Assembly: GCA_030390025.1 (NCBI GenBank)
Contig: CM059432.1
Span: 89,592,001-89,652,000 of the forward strand
Length of the DNA stretch: 60,000 nt
From: Squalus acanthias
Taxonomy: Eukaryota
Direction: 5' to 3'
Shown here: piece by piece, positions 1-11,981 of the stretch
How the letters are laid out: each line of letters starts with the position of its first letter
Numbering within the stretch: the first letter of the stretch is position 1
Notes under the pieces: model-generated
Seen by the model: only the letters and a program-made list of their open reading frames with translations
What the model was told of the DNA's origin: nothing
Database searches by the model: none
Program-made: the position numbers and the translations under genes

Positions 1-752
1 ACTGTCATCATCAGTAATGCTTTCAACTTCCCCGCTTGCCACGGCCTCTGTGACGGCCCCTCCAATAATGTCTAGAACTCCTTGCTCTAGCTCTGTCAGG
101 TTCTGGAGACGAGCTTCCCCTTCACCTGTCTGCTCCTGGCGGTTGTGAGCCACCTTTACCTGCAAGGGAGCAGGAAGTGTGTCAGTGAGTGTGGTGCAGT
201 GTGTTTGGGTGATGTGCCTGCCTAGGTTGAATAGCTGGCAGTGTGTGTAAGGTGTGAGATGTGGGTGTGGGTCTTGCAGCAGTGATGAGTGTGTGACGGC
301 TTCAGCAATCTCCTCCCACAGCCTGCTGATGTTCTGCCTTGAAGGCCTCCTGCCCCCCTGCGGGCAGAGGACCTGACAGCATCTTTGAACCCCCAGGACC
401 AAGGCCTCCAGTGCTGCATCGGAAAATCTTCTTGCCCTTTCCCTTGGCTGTTGGGCCATAGCTCTCTACACAATGACAATGAGGTGCTTCTGCAACAAAG
501 CACCTCCCCTTTAAATAGTGCAGAGAGCCTAGGCCAAACTTTATTGGCCAGTAGTCTGCACCCGATATTGGCCCCCCCCGTTCAGCTCTCAGCCAATCAG
601 CAGCGCGTTTAGCACTGAGCTCAGCGCTCCAATCATTATAATGAGCAGGCAGCATGAATTTTGCATGCTGCCTGCACCACTTTGAACGGGCGTGGGCACA
701 TAGCGCTTCGCACTGCCTGTGCCCGTTTCGGGCCTTATCCAATTTCTAGGCC
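1..752 (-). mobile_element. Harbinger transposon fragment: terminus plus decayed Myb/SANT gene exons 1-2 (runs off the window start)
   Basis: Terminal motif AATTTCTAGGCC at 741-752 (reverse complement GGCCTAGAAATT; compare GGGCTAGAAATT at 4841). The minus strand near 380-440 reads RARRFSDAALEALV, like RERARRFCDQALEALV at ~11.9 kb. The intron/acceptor at ~160-220 resembles 5860-5921. Confidence 0.75.
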
Positions 753-851
753 ATTGTGTCTTGTATGGCATAACAATCCTATTATTATAAAACACCATGA
801 ACTGCAGTTCACAATGAGCTATGGGAGATCCACTAGTACATAGAAACACTT

Positions 852-1016
852 GGGGCTGAATTTCCACAGAACATTCACTGTAACTTCAGTGGAAGAACCG
901 TGGAAACCCTGGAAAAATGAGGTAAATGCCATTCAGTCCATTTTTCCAGAGTTTGCCCGATTCTTTCATTAAAATTGTGGCAGTCAATGGGCGAACACCT
1001 GCAGAAATTCACTCCT
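852..1016. mobile_element. Short palindromic Harbinger-type MITE
   Basis: Imperfect TIRs GGGGCTGAATTTC / GAAATTCACTCCT; CTT on both flanks (849-851, 1017-1019); similar to 18684-18860. Confidence 0.7.
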
Positions 1017-1303
1017 CTTGCATGTCTGTCGCACCTCAATATGTCACAGAACAAAGTATGTGTTACATTTACACCTGCTTTGTTCAAGTATCAAATTCAT
1101 AAAGCAGCAGCAAATCGCAACTGGGTAATCTTAAAAAGAAAATGTATTAGAAAAGAAACAGAAAGCCACTTAGTTCCTGGTGGTTTCCGTAACCATGATT
1201 AAACATAGTGCTAGCTTAACAGCAGACAGCTTTTTCAAGGCAGTTCCTTTACAACTATTGGGAAAATGCCATCAACATGTAAGCATTCCCCTTATATTTT
1301 TGT

Positions 1304-1400
1304 TAGGTGAGGGTATTAAGGGATAGGGAACCAAGGCGGGTAAATGGATTTGAAATCCAGATTGGCCATGATCTAATTGAATGGCAGAACAGGCTCAATG
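1304..1400 (+). mobile_element. Old CR1 LINE 3'-end remnant
   Basis: AAGGGTATTAAGGGATA-like segment and GCCATGATCTAATTGAATGGCAGAACAGGCTC resemble the CR1 3' ends at 8060-8150 and 32840-32930. Confidence 0.6.
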
Positions 1401-3362
1401 TAACTGTATTTACCCCCTTTTCCTTTACTTAGTGTCTGGGAAATGAGTATTCCCCGGGTCCTAGGGAGAACAATATCAGGGTCACTGTGCAACAGCACGG
1501 GAAATCTGCTAATAGTTACCTCATTATCTATGTATAATGCACATAACCAGGACCTGATCTTTATTATAATCATATTCATTCCCTAGGGGGTTTATTTTCC
1601 TCTGTTTACTCATTTTAGAAAAATGTATATATAAGTATTAAGTCTAATTCCCTGCTTTATCTCTATGTCTACTTTTTACTGAAATTAGTGAATGGAGGAA
1701 AATATAGCCCTGGATGTTGTTGGTGTTTTATTACAAAGAAATAGAGCAATGTTCCACATGCATGAAATATCACTTAGTGGCCTCCACTGTTCACTACATT
1801 CTGGAATGGATTTAAATGCCAGCCCAGTAAGACATTAGCTCATGGTGTGTTGCAATAGTTCAAAATGCACCCTCACCTGGTGTGATATTCCATTTATTCT
1901 ATAAATGTTAAACATGTGTTTTTCTGGATGTGATTGCTGAAATCAATACAAAATTCTGTTGTGCTTGTTTTCATTTTAACATTTCTTGTCAAGTAAAAAT
2001 TAACCTGACAAAAGAAAGCTTTGCCAAATAATTCTCAGTGATCAGCTATGGTTCAGGCATGTTAAACCTTGTGCTTTTTATGTAATAAGGAGAACAGTAA
2101 ACAAAATGCATTTGAGGCACAATAAAAATATGAAAAGTTATAAACGGTGGAAGATCATGACAATATTTAACGTAATGTAGACTCAGTTCAATAAAGATCT
2201 CTTTTCATTACAACAGACTGTTGTTTCCAAGACAGAAGTATTAGTGACCCTATATATGCTGCATGATGCATACAATAAAACAACGGAAATTAATCCCTTT
2301 CCCATGACCTCTGGAAATGAAAATCCATTAAGCTAATTATATTGTGCTAGTGCCTTGATGTTTTCTTATTTCATTCTGAATGCTTTGATGTGATTATGTC
2401 CAGCTACTGATGAAGACACATGTACAGCTAATTATATAAAATAATCCTCTTTATATAGATGCAAGGTGACACTCTAACCAAGGTGTGACAATCAACCAAA
2501 GCCTGATAAAAACATGTAATCATTTGCCAGGTGGTTTAGTGAGTCTTCCATGAACTTGTACAAAAATATAATACAACATCACATGTAACAAAAAGATATA
2601 TACTTGCCATATATTCATATTGTGATCACATTGTTTTTGATTTTTTTTTAAACTAAAAATCTTTGAGAAGAAATGCCATTACAAAATAATCCTGAGAAAA
2701 CATCTGCATTGAAGGATGATATTAACATTTTTTAAATAGATAGCAAAACCATGTCACTTGTGATTGTGTGCTGTAGCTGTAACAGCATTAAAGGCTGTGT
2801 GCATCCAACAGGGAGGCAGCAAGATTATAGCAATGGCTATTTACAATAGCTTAAAGCTGTCACCATAGCAACAGAGACCGTATGAGTACCATGAAAGATG
2901 GCAGTGGAAATGCATGTCTGTTGTGACGTGTGCAAGAATTGTGTTTTTGGAGAACTCAGAAGTATTGTCTTCATATAAAAGTTATTAAGTGAAAATGTAA
3001 TTCATTTTCTGCTAATCATATTTGTTAGAGTTGTTGTTACCTTTTGGGTATTACTCAAATATTTTCCTCATGCTCAGTGCCAAAGACCACTCCTGTAAGT
3101 GAACCCTCGCTCCCCATGAACTGGAATGTACCTTTATATGGCCAATATCTGTTAATATAGCAGGTCCAAGGCTATAAACTGCAAGCAGGTTTATTAAAAG
3201 TAACTGAAATGCAGTAGAAAAAGCAATACAGTACTTTTCATTATTTTTACAGAACTTTTCATTCATTCTCCCTCCTAATTTACAAAACACAAAAAATGTA
3301 ACAATTAATTAGCTCTACTGATAATAAACCCATCTGTCTTTATAATATAACGCATACACAGT

Positions 3363-3553
3363 GGGGGGGGGGGGGTAAAACTCAACTTTGGCGGGGGTGC
3401 AAAATGGCAGTAGCAGATCGGCCACCCGTTATACACCCGACAATTTTCCTTTACACCGAAGTTAACAAAAAGGAATGTTGAGCAGGGTGTATAATGGACG
3501 CTCGATCCACTATGGTTCAATGTGCACCCCCGCCAAAGTTGAATCTTATCCCC
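3363..3553. mobile_element. Palindromic MITE (whole-element hairpin)
   Basis: Arms GGGGTAAAACTCAACTTTGGCGGGGGTGCA and TGCACCCCCGCCAAAGTTGAATCTTATCCCC; inner arms TTATACACCC / GGGTGTATAA. Confidence 0.75.
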
Positions 3554-3705
3554 GGTGTTTCACAGGAGCCACTGACTCTACAGCCCCATCTCAATATCCT
3601 CAGAAGAACTGGTGAACTGGGAAGTTCTCAGTTAAAGAGCATCTACTCTGGATGTGTTATGCAAATCAAAGCCATGGGTTTTGTTTGCAGTGGATTGTGT
3701 ATTTA

Positions 3706-3898
3706 GAGCTGAATGCCAGGAATTGCTTTGAAGGTTCTCTCGGTCGACCACTGTAGCTTCAACAGCAGATTGACAAAAACCATGTTTATTCATCTATAAA
3801 GTTTCCACCAATCTTCTGCTAAAGTTATAGTGGCCGATCGGAAGAACTTCCAAGGAAATTCTCGATGGAACATTCATTGGGCCGTACAAAATTACCCC
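3706..3898. mobile_element. Decayed MITE related to 852-1016 and 18684-18860
   Basis: Shared internal motifs (GGTTCTC..., CTGTAGCTTCA, AAAGTTATAGTGG, GGAAATTC) and a terminal AAAATTACCCC. Confidence 0.45.
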
Positions 3899-3964
3899 TT
3901 ATAAGTATACAAAAAGGAAAATATATTTATCAGCATGTATATTGGCACTTTCAGAAAAAATGTA

Positions 3965-4193
3965 ATTCATTCTCGGGATGTGGGCATCGCTGGTAAGGCT
4001 CATCCCTAGTTACTCTTCAGAAGGTGATGGTGGCCTTAAAGCACATGACCCAGTTGTTCTTTTTACAGTTTTTACTGATACCAGCTTTTTATTTCCAGAT
4101 TTTTTTTATACAAGTGATTTGAACTCACGTTCACCTGGATTATTAGTCCAGGTCTCTGGATTACTAGTCCCATAACATAAGCACTATACTAGC
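3965..4193 (-). mobile_element. tRNA-headed SINE, internally deleted
   Basis: Shares TTTTACTGATACCAGCTTTTTATTTCCAGATTT and GGATTATTAGTCCAG with 48454-49176; B-box-like GAGTTCAAATC on the minus strand. Confidence 0.6.
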
Positions 4194-4289
4194 GTATGTT
4201 ACTAGATTTATAATTCTCTCACATTTATGCAGCATTTACAAAACCATCTACATGTCAGCAATGGAAGGACACTTTATACAAACATATTA

Positions 4290-4835
4290 AAGCAGCACGA
4301 AAAGACCATTAGACCCATCAAGGCAGCCCCATTAAGACGTTTTGCTAACGTATACACTATTAACCCACCTCCTATTTATGTTATTTCTTGAGAGAGGCAA
4401 AAAACAGGGTGAAATTCTGAGAAATTTCTCTCTGTTTCCCTAAGGCAATCAAGCAAACCTACAGGAGAATGTGGCCCCTATAAATCCTCACAATCACAAC
4501 TACCAGCAATTTGTTCTCTATAACTGAAAATGTCCTCTTCACTCAGGATCCTGTCAAGTTCAGCAGCAAATCCATACCCACCACATGTTCAGTTCCAGAG
4601 GGCAATGACTCTCTATGAAAAGAAATACTTCCTGGCATCGAGCGCAACTCTTATGATTTTTGTTTGCATACCCTCTAGTTCTACCATCCCTATCCATTTC
4701 AAATAACCTGTCGAATCTGACTGAGATCAACCCCTTCATCATTTTAAAAACCTCTATCAAATTCCCTCCCTTCACTTTCTTTAAAATAAATAGCGCTAAA
4801 TGATGGAATCTATCCTGATAACTAAGAGCCCTTAG
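4290..4835 (-). mobile_element. Old CR1 LINE 3' fragment
   Basis: ORF 4560-4775 GNLIEVFKMMKGL...RLFEMDRDGRTRG matches the CR1 ORF2 C-terminus (GDLIETYKILTGL...SRTRGH). Confidence 0.7.
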
Positions 4836-5451
4836 ACCAAGGGCTAGAAATTCACTTTAGCCCAGGAATGGGTGGGGTCATTAGAAAAGTTGGAGAATTA
4901 GCCGCAGGTGCTAATGCTTTAGACTGCACGGAGTGTCTGTGTGGGAGACTTCAGATGGCCTTGCGGGACGCCCTCGACCAGTTCTGGGCCTGGAAGGCCC
5001 AGCTGTAGACTGCACCACCTCAGCATAGGCGGCAGCAGTCTGGGCTGGCTAGATGACAGGCAGCGACAAGTGCAATGGCGGCATGGCAGTGGTGAGATCA
5101 GGAATGCTGTCATCCTGAGAGAAGACATCAGCTTCCTGCTCCACTGACCCACTGCCACTCACCCGGGGCAGCACCTCAGCATCCCTAGCAATCTGCGCAA
5201 AATTCGTGCTCACTGCTCAAAAAAATGATTGGAGTTCTAATTCATGTCTTATAGCCCAAGCTCATTGGCGTTACACTCAAAGGGTAGAGTCTAATCGCAA
5301 ATCATGATTGCCATGGGCTCTTTTCGATACTTAAAGGGGAGGTTCATCGATGCTACAAAACCTCATTCTCAACATTGCTGGCTGTGCAGCTGTCTCAGCA
5401 AGCAGAAGCATGACAAGGAGAAGAAGCTGGAGGACTGAATCAGCTATACTC

Positions 5452-7229
5452 ATGGCAGATCCATGCACCAGGGAGAGAGCCTGCAGATTCTGCGATCAAG
5501 CATTGGAGGTGTTGGTGTTCGCTGTGGAGAGATGGAGGGCAGTGCTCTACCCGGCAAGTGGCAGGAGGCCCTTCCCGCAAGTCTTCCGAACCATGTGGAA
5601 GGAGATAGCGCAGCACATCTCGGATAACACTGTGGTCGCCAGCACCTACACACAGTGCAAGAAGAAATTTAATGACCTCACTCAGGTGGTCAGGGTGAGT
5701 GAATGCTTCAACAAATGCTACATACCACCATCTGAACCATAGTCTTCACACACTGCCCAAAGCACCACACCCCCAGCACTCACCCACCAACAATCTCTAC
5801 CTAACAACACTCACACCCACATCTCACACCTTGCACACAATGGCAGCTATTCAACTATGGCAAGCACATCACCCAAACGCATTGCTCCCCACTCACTCAC
5901 ACACTTTCCTTTCTCTTGCAGGCCAAGGTGGTTCATAACAGGAGGGAACAGGAGCACACAGGCAGGGGACAACTTGACACCCAACCACTGTCTGCGCTGG
6001 AGAATAGAGTGTTGCAGATTATTGGGCACCAGGTGGTGGGCACCATAACCACCAGTGACATTGACCCCCTTGGGGACAACAACGGTATGTTCATCCTTAC
6101 TCCTTCTCTCATCCCACTTCCCCCTCATGCCACAAGCATTTTGCAGTTTCCAGCTAATCATGCTGTATGCATGCATTTCTCCCTTCCTGTCCCCTCCCCT
6201 CACCTTAACCTGACTCTTGTGCCTTTATGCTTTCGGATAATGAGCAAGCACCTGAGCAGTCTATCGCTGAGGGCACCGTAGAGAGAGAGGAGGGAGAAGA
6301 GGAGGAGGAAGAACACACCGCGTCACTGCATGTCCCACCCGCAGGCACCAGCTCAGATACTGGCACTACGCATTCTTTAGAGGCTAGTATAGTAGCGGGA
6401 TCTGCACAGGGTGAGGCACTGGGGACGAGTGAGCTTTAGCAAAGCCAGGGGGAAAGGGTAGCTGGGGGGCCAGCTCCCGGAGGGCAAGTTCTGCTGGACA
6501 GGACTCAGATGAGGACCTCGATGGGGAGGCATTTAGAAGAAGGGTAATGGGCATGCACATGGAGATGATAGGTCCAATGACAAGAGTGCCCAAGAGCCTC
6601 TCAGCAATGGTAAGGCTTCCATTGCAGCACAGGCGGAAGTGATGCAACGACTTAGTGCTATAATGCAGTCTATGCTTGGTGGCATCCTATCTCAGATTGC
6701 TCTCATGCAGTCTCAACTTGATGCCATACAAGCTCTGACTGCTGCCATCATGGCTGGGTCTACCACCATCGACTGGGGCTTTCACGGTGTCGCAGCAGGC
6801 CTGCAATCTGTGCTCCAACAGATTGTTAGGGATGTTGAGGTGCTGCCCCGGGTGAGTGGCAGTGGGTCAGTGGAGCAGGAACCTGCTGTCCTCTCTCAGG
6901 ATGACAGCATTTCTGCTCCCACCACTGGCACTCCGCCATTGCCCTTGTCGCTGCCTGTCATCCAGCCAGCCCAGATTGCTGCTGCCCATGCTGAAGTGGT
7001 TCAGTCTCCAGCCGGGCCTTCCAGGCCCAGAGCTGGTCGAGGGCGTCCTGCAAGGTCATCTGAAGTCTCCCACACGAACATTCAGCAGCCTTCCACCAGC
7101 CGATCTGCAGCCACTGGGCCAACACTTCGTAGGAGCACTAGAGTAGGCAAAGGCACAGTAACGAGAGGCACTAAGGGATTGCACAAGGGTGAATCGTTAA
7201 TATTTTTGTTGTACATATATGTTCACTGA
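5452..7229 (+). pseudogene. Harbinger Myb/SANT-like DNA-binding protein gene, 3 exons (about 5452-5694, 5922-6084, 6237-7229), disrupted
   Basis: Exon 1 RERACRFCDQALEVLV...WKEIA...QCKKKFNDL then GTGAGT (5695). Acceptor TTGCAG (5921). Exon 2 AKVVHNRREQEHTGRG then GTATGT (6085). Third acceptor mutated (TTTCGG versus TTTCAG in copy B). In-frame stop at ~6439 and an internal deletion near 6615 relative to copy B. Confidence 0.85.
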
Positions 7230-7359
7230 TTATTGATAAATTTATTAATTCAGTTTCAATTCTTTTGTGGTGTGTCTCATTTCAGCTTTGCACTGTGCTA
7301 TGGCCTGCGACAGGGATGGAATGTTGGGGATGTGGTGAGCAACGGGGATCTGGGGTTTA

Positions 7360-7729
7360 ATTCATTCGAACCGTAGTCTGATGAGGCAATCAAGGACTGC
7401 CCTTAAGGAAGGCTGATTGAGTGGCTGCCTCCTCCCTCACTCCTGTTCCTCTTCCTCCTCGTCCTCCTCATCTTCCTCTTCCTCCTCCTGAGGTTGTCCA
7501 CAATCCCTGGTAGCAAGGGCTGGGCCCTCTTGATGGCCAAGTTGGAGTATGCAGCAGACCACCACAAAATGGGACACTCGCTCAGCCGAGTACTGGAGGG
7601 CTCCTCCCGAGCAGTCAAGGCAGCAGAACCATTGCTTCAGCAGGCCGATCGTCTGCTCAATGATGTTCCTGGTGGCAGCATGCCTCTCATTATAGGAGTG
7701 TTGGGGTTGTGGAGGGGAGTCATGAGCCA
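7360..7729 (-). pseudogene. Harbinger DDE transposase, C-terminal fragment
   Basis: Reverse complement of 9560-9942 (…NLAIKRAQPLLPGI… followed by an acidic tail). Confidence 0.85.
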
Positions 7730-8204
7730 GGGATGGCAGGAATGACGTATGAAGAGAGATTGGGTCGATTGGGCTTGTATTCGCTAGAGTTTAGAAGAAT
7801 GAGAGGGGATCTCATTGAAACTTATAAAATTCTAACAGGACTAGACAGACTAGATGCAGGAAGGATGTTCCCGATGGCCGGGGAGTCCAGAACCAGGGGT
7901 CACAGTCTAAGGATAAGGGGTAAGCCATTTAGGACTGAGATGAGGAGGAATTTCTTCACCCAGAGAGTGGTGAACCTGTGGAATTCTCTACCACAGAAGG
8001 CAGTTGAGGCCAATTCATTAAATATATCCAAGAAGGAGTTAAATATATTTCTTAAGGCTAAGGGGATCAAGGGATATGTGGAGAAGGCAGGGACAGGGTA
8101 CTGAATTTGGATGATCAGCCATGATCGCATTGAATGGCGGAGCAGGCTCGAGGGGCCGAATGGCCTACTCCTGCTCCTATCTTCTATGTTTCTATGTTTC
8201 TATG
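7730..8204 (+). mobile_element. 5'-truncated young CR1 LINE
   Basis: GMAGMTYEERLGRLGLYSLEFRRMRGDLIETYKIL...; (TTCTATG)n tail; near-identical to 24657-25096. Confidence 0.95.
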
Positions 8205-9120
8205 CCCAAAACGTCGACATGGAGCTGTATATGGTTAGACCAATTAACTCCAGTCTGAACACCATTCTGGGCACAGTAAACCCCTTCCCTGAAGAAGTTT
8301 GGCCCAAGGACTGGCACAGTAGTAATCAACACTCTATTCAAAAATACTTCATCTGGGATATGCCGATAAATATACAGCAGTGATTATCTGGTGTCTCAGT
8401 CTTTCTACATGTTTCTGTGGTGTGCTAGCAGCAACAAAGTAGCTTCATTTGTGCATGCTTTGTCTTAATGCAGATACATACACTGGCCACGTTTCAAATC
8501 ATCAACTTTTCATCACCACATTCTGTTTGTCATCAGCTTGCAGGATAAGTAGAACATAATATCACTTGCTTTTCTTCAACATCAGGAGTCTAAAAAGATT
8601 GTAATTTTTTTTTTATTCAAACACATGGCACGTTTATGCAAAGACTGCAGTGCACTTTCATTTCTGTCACCAATTTTTCTTGCAATAAGAAAGTTCTGAT
8701 GATATTACGGGTAATATTTGGTATCAGTGCAAATGCCAGTGACCTCTGTAATTTGTGACTAGGTAGTAGCAGTAGTAGTACTTTCATAAGGCAGGCTATT
8801 TTCCCTTATCGTTTAGCAGCAGAGAACAACCATCAGGACTTAGGAAAGTGTTAGGTCTGTCACTGAGGTGTGGCTTGGTGGTAATGCTGGACTGCCATTA
8901 GATTTTCTCTTATCATTTTATCAGTACTGGGCTATAGCCAGTGAAAGCTGGTGTTAACCCTGCTCTGATTATAGTCTTCAGCATGAAAGGGCTCCAGTTG
9001 TTTATAGAAAAAGTGTTTCGGGGAAAAATTCAGTTAGTTAGCGCCTAGCAGGGGCGCTGATGCAGTAGTACCGGGGCAAGGTGAATCCAGCTACGCACGC
9101 TAAATTCTGCCCCCTGTAGT

Positions 9121-9942
9121 GCCGCAGATCCTTCCAGTCTGCAACAGGAGATATAGGTAACATCTCGCAGTTGACCGTCCATTGCTGCATCCGGGAGGTC
9201 ACAGAGGCGCTCTACAGTAAGAGAAGGGACTACATTTCCTTCCCATCACCAGAGAGAAGCAGGACGAACATGCATGTGGCTTTGCCAGGGTAACGGGCTT
9301 CCCCATGGTGTAGGGTGCCATTGACTGCGCCCACGTGGCTTTGTGGGCACCGCATAACAATCCTGAGATCTTCCGTAACCGCAAAGGCTACCAATCAATT
9401 AATGTGCGGATGGTGTGCGACCACAGACAGCGAACCCTCAATGTCAATGCCCGCTAATCTGGCAGCAGCCACGATACCTTCATCCTGCGCCAGACTGGTG
9501 TGCCAGCACTCTTCCAGCCACCACGTGAAGCTCATGGCTGGCTGGTTGGAGACCAGGGTTATCCGCTCTCCACCTGGCTCATAACTCCCCTCCACAACCC
9601 CAACACTCCTGCCCAGCACTCATAAATGAGACCTATGCCGCCACCAGGAACATCATCAAGCAGATCATCAGGGTACTCAAGCAATGGGTTCACTGCCTTG
9701 ACCGCTCGGGAGAAGCCCTCCAGTACTCGGCTGAGCGGGTGTCCCATTTCGTTGTGGTGTGCTGCATGCTGCACAACTTGGCCATCATGAGGGCCCAGCC
9801 CTTGCCGCCAGGGATTGCGGGACCACCTCAGGAGGAGGGAGAGGAGGACGAGGACCAGGACCAAGAGCGAGGGAGGAGGCAGCCATATTCGGCCTCTGGA
9901 AGGGTGATCCATGACCGCCACATCAGACTGCGGTTCCAATAA
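9121..9942 (+). pseudogene. Harbinger (HARBI1-family DDE) transposase, N-terminus missing, with stops
   Basis: Manual translation: SFQSATGDIGNISQ...GFPMV*GAIDCAHV...FRNRKGYQSINV..VCDH...[10 protein letters not shown]...LVGDQGYPL...LQYSAERVSHFVVVCCMLHNLA. These are the canonical GAIDC, GSSHD, GD.GY and CC.LHN motifs. Confidence 0.93.
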
Positions 9943-10157
9943 ATTAAACTCCAGACCCCCATTGCTCACCACATCCCTATCATTCCATCCCTCTCGCAGG
10001 CCATATCACAGCGCAAAGCTGAAATGAGAGACGCCACAAAATAATCCAAACTGAATTAATAAATTTATCAATAATCAGTGAACATATATTTACAACAAAA
10101 ACATTAACTATTCACCCTTGTGCAATCCCTTAGTGTCTCTCATTACTGTGCCTTTGC

Positions 10158-11981
10158 CTACTTTGTGCTCCTATTAAGTGTTGGCCCAGTGGCTGCAGCA
10201 CAGCTGGTGGAAGGCTGCTGAGTGTCTGTGTGGGAGACTTCAGATGGCCTTGCAGGATGCCCTCGACCAGCTCTGGGCCTGGAAGGCCCAGCTGTAGACT
10301 GCACCACCTCAGCATAGGCGGCAGCAGTCTGGGCTGGCTGGATGACAGGCAGCGACAAGTGCAATGGCGGAGTGGCAGTGGTGAGATCAGGAATGCTGTC
10401 ATCCTGAGAGAAGACATCAGCTTCCTGCTCCACTGACCCACTGCCACTCACCCGGGGCAGCACCTCAGCATCCCTAGCAATCTGTTGCAGCACAGATTGC
10501 TGGCCTGCTGAGACACCGTGAAAGCCCCGGTCGACGGTGGTAGACCAAGCCATGATGACAGCAGTCAGAGCTTGCATGGCATCCAGCTGAGACTGCATGA
10601 GAGCAGTCGGAGATTGGATGCCACCAAGCATAGACTGCATTACAGCACTAAGATGTTGCGTCGCTTCCGCCTGTGCTGCAATGGAAGCTGCCAGATCGCC
10701 CATCACACGTGGCATCAGGTCTGGTTCGCCACGGTCTCTCTGGGAGTCTTCCATCCTTTGCAGACTGGAAATGATGGGCTCCATGGTGTGCGCAGAGCTT
10801 TGTGCAATGTTGGAGGCGGACGCCTCTACACTCCTTACCATTGCCAAGAGGCTCTCAGGCACCCTTGCCATTGCACCTATCATCTCCATGTGCATGCCCA
10901 TCACCCTTCTTCTAAAAGGCCTCCCCATCAAGGTCCTCATCTGAGTCCTGTGCAGCAGAACTCGTGTGTGAACTCGCCCTCCGGGGAGCTGGCCCCCGAG
11001 CTACCCTTTCCCCCTGGCTTTGCTGTAGCCAACTCGTCTCCGGTGCCTCACCCTGTGCAGATCCCACTACTATACTAGCCTCTAAAGAATGCGTAGTGCC
11101 AATATCTGAGCTGGCGCCTGCGGGTGAGACATGCAGTGACGTGGTGTGTTCTTCCTCCTCCGCTTCTCCCGCCTCGCTCTCTACGGTGCCCTCAAGGACA
11201 GGCTGCTCAGGTGCTTGCTCATCATCTGAAAGTTTAAAGGCACAAGATTCAGGTTAAGGTGAGGGGAGGGGGGCAGGAAGGGAGAAATGCATGCATACAT
11301 CATGATTAGCTGAAAAGTGCAAAAGGCTTGTGGGGTGAGGGGGAAGTGGGATGTGAGAAGAAGGTGTAGGGATCAACATACCGTTGTTGTCCCCAAGGGG
11401 ATCAACGTCGCTGGTGGCCATGGCATCCACCACCTGGCGCCCAATAACCTGCAGCACTTGAATCTCTAGCTCAGACAGTGGTTGGGTGTCAGCTTGTCGC
11501 CCGCCTGTGCACTCCTGCTATCTCCTGTTGTGAGCCATCTTGCCCTGCAAGAGAAAGGCAAATGTGTGAGTGTTTCGGTGATGTGCCTGCCATAGTTGAA
11601 TAGCTTTCATTGTGTGCAAGGTGTGAGATGTGGGTGTGAGTGTTGGTAGGTAGAGATTGTTGGTGGGGTGTGCTGGGCAGTGTGTGAAGACTGTGGTTCA
11701 GATTGAAGTATGTAGCATTTGTTGAAGCATTCACTCACCATGACCACCCAAGTGAGGTCGTTAAATTTCTTCCTGCACTGTGTGGGTGTCCTGGGGATCA
11801 TAGTGCTGCCAGAGACATGCTGGGCTACCTCCCGCCACATGGTGCTGAAGACTTGCAGCGAGGGTCTCCTGCGACTTGCCAGGTTGAGCACCGCCCTCCG
11901 TCTTTCCACTGCGAACACCAAGGCCTCCAATGCTTGATCGCAGAATCTGCGGGCTCTTTCCCTGGGGCGTGGATCTGCCAT
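10158..11981 (-). pseudogene. Harbinger Myb/SANT-like gene, 3 exons (about 11981-11739, 11544-11382, 11225-10158)
   Basis: ORF 11607-12086 contains RERARRFCDQALEALVFAVERRR...WREVA...QCRKKFNDL. GT-AG sites lie at the same positions as in copy A. Long Ala/Ser/Gln-rich last exon (ORF 10158-10940). Confidence 0.88.

Larger units (their letters stand above)
4841..7729 (+). mobile_element. PIF/Harbinger transposon copy A (Myb/SANT gene on +, transposase 3' end on -; truncated at a CR1 insertion)
   Basis: Left terminus GGGCTAGAAATTCA; colinear in inverted orientation with 9560-12323; convergent gene arrangement. Confidence 0.9.

Noticed and set aside
5350..5742. Host MSANTD/NAIF1-like gene
   Set aside because: Lies inside a Harbinger element with paralogous copies nearby and disabling mutations.
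9121..9942. Domesticated host gene HARBI1
   Set aside because: In-frame stops, missing N-terminus, TIR context and multiple copies indicate transposon remnants.
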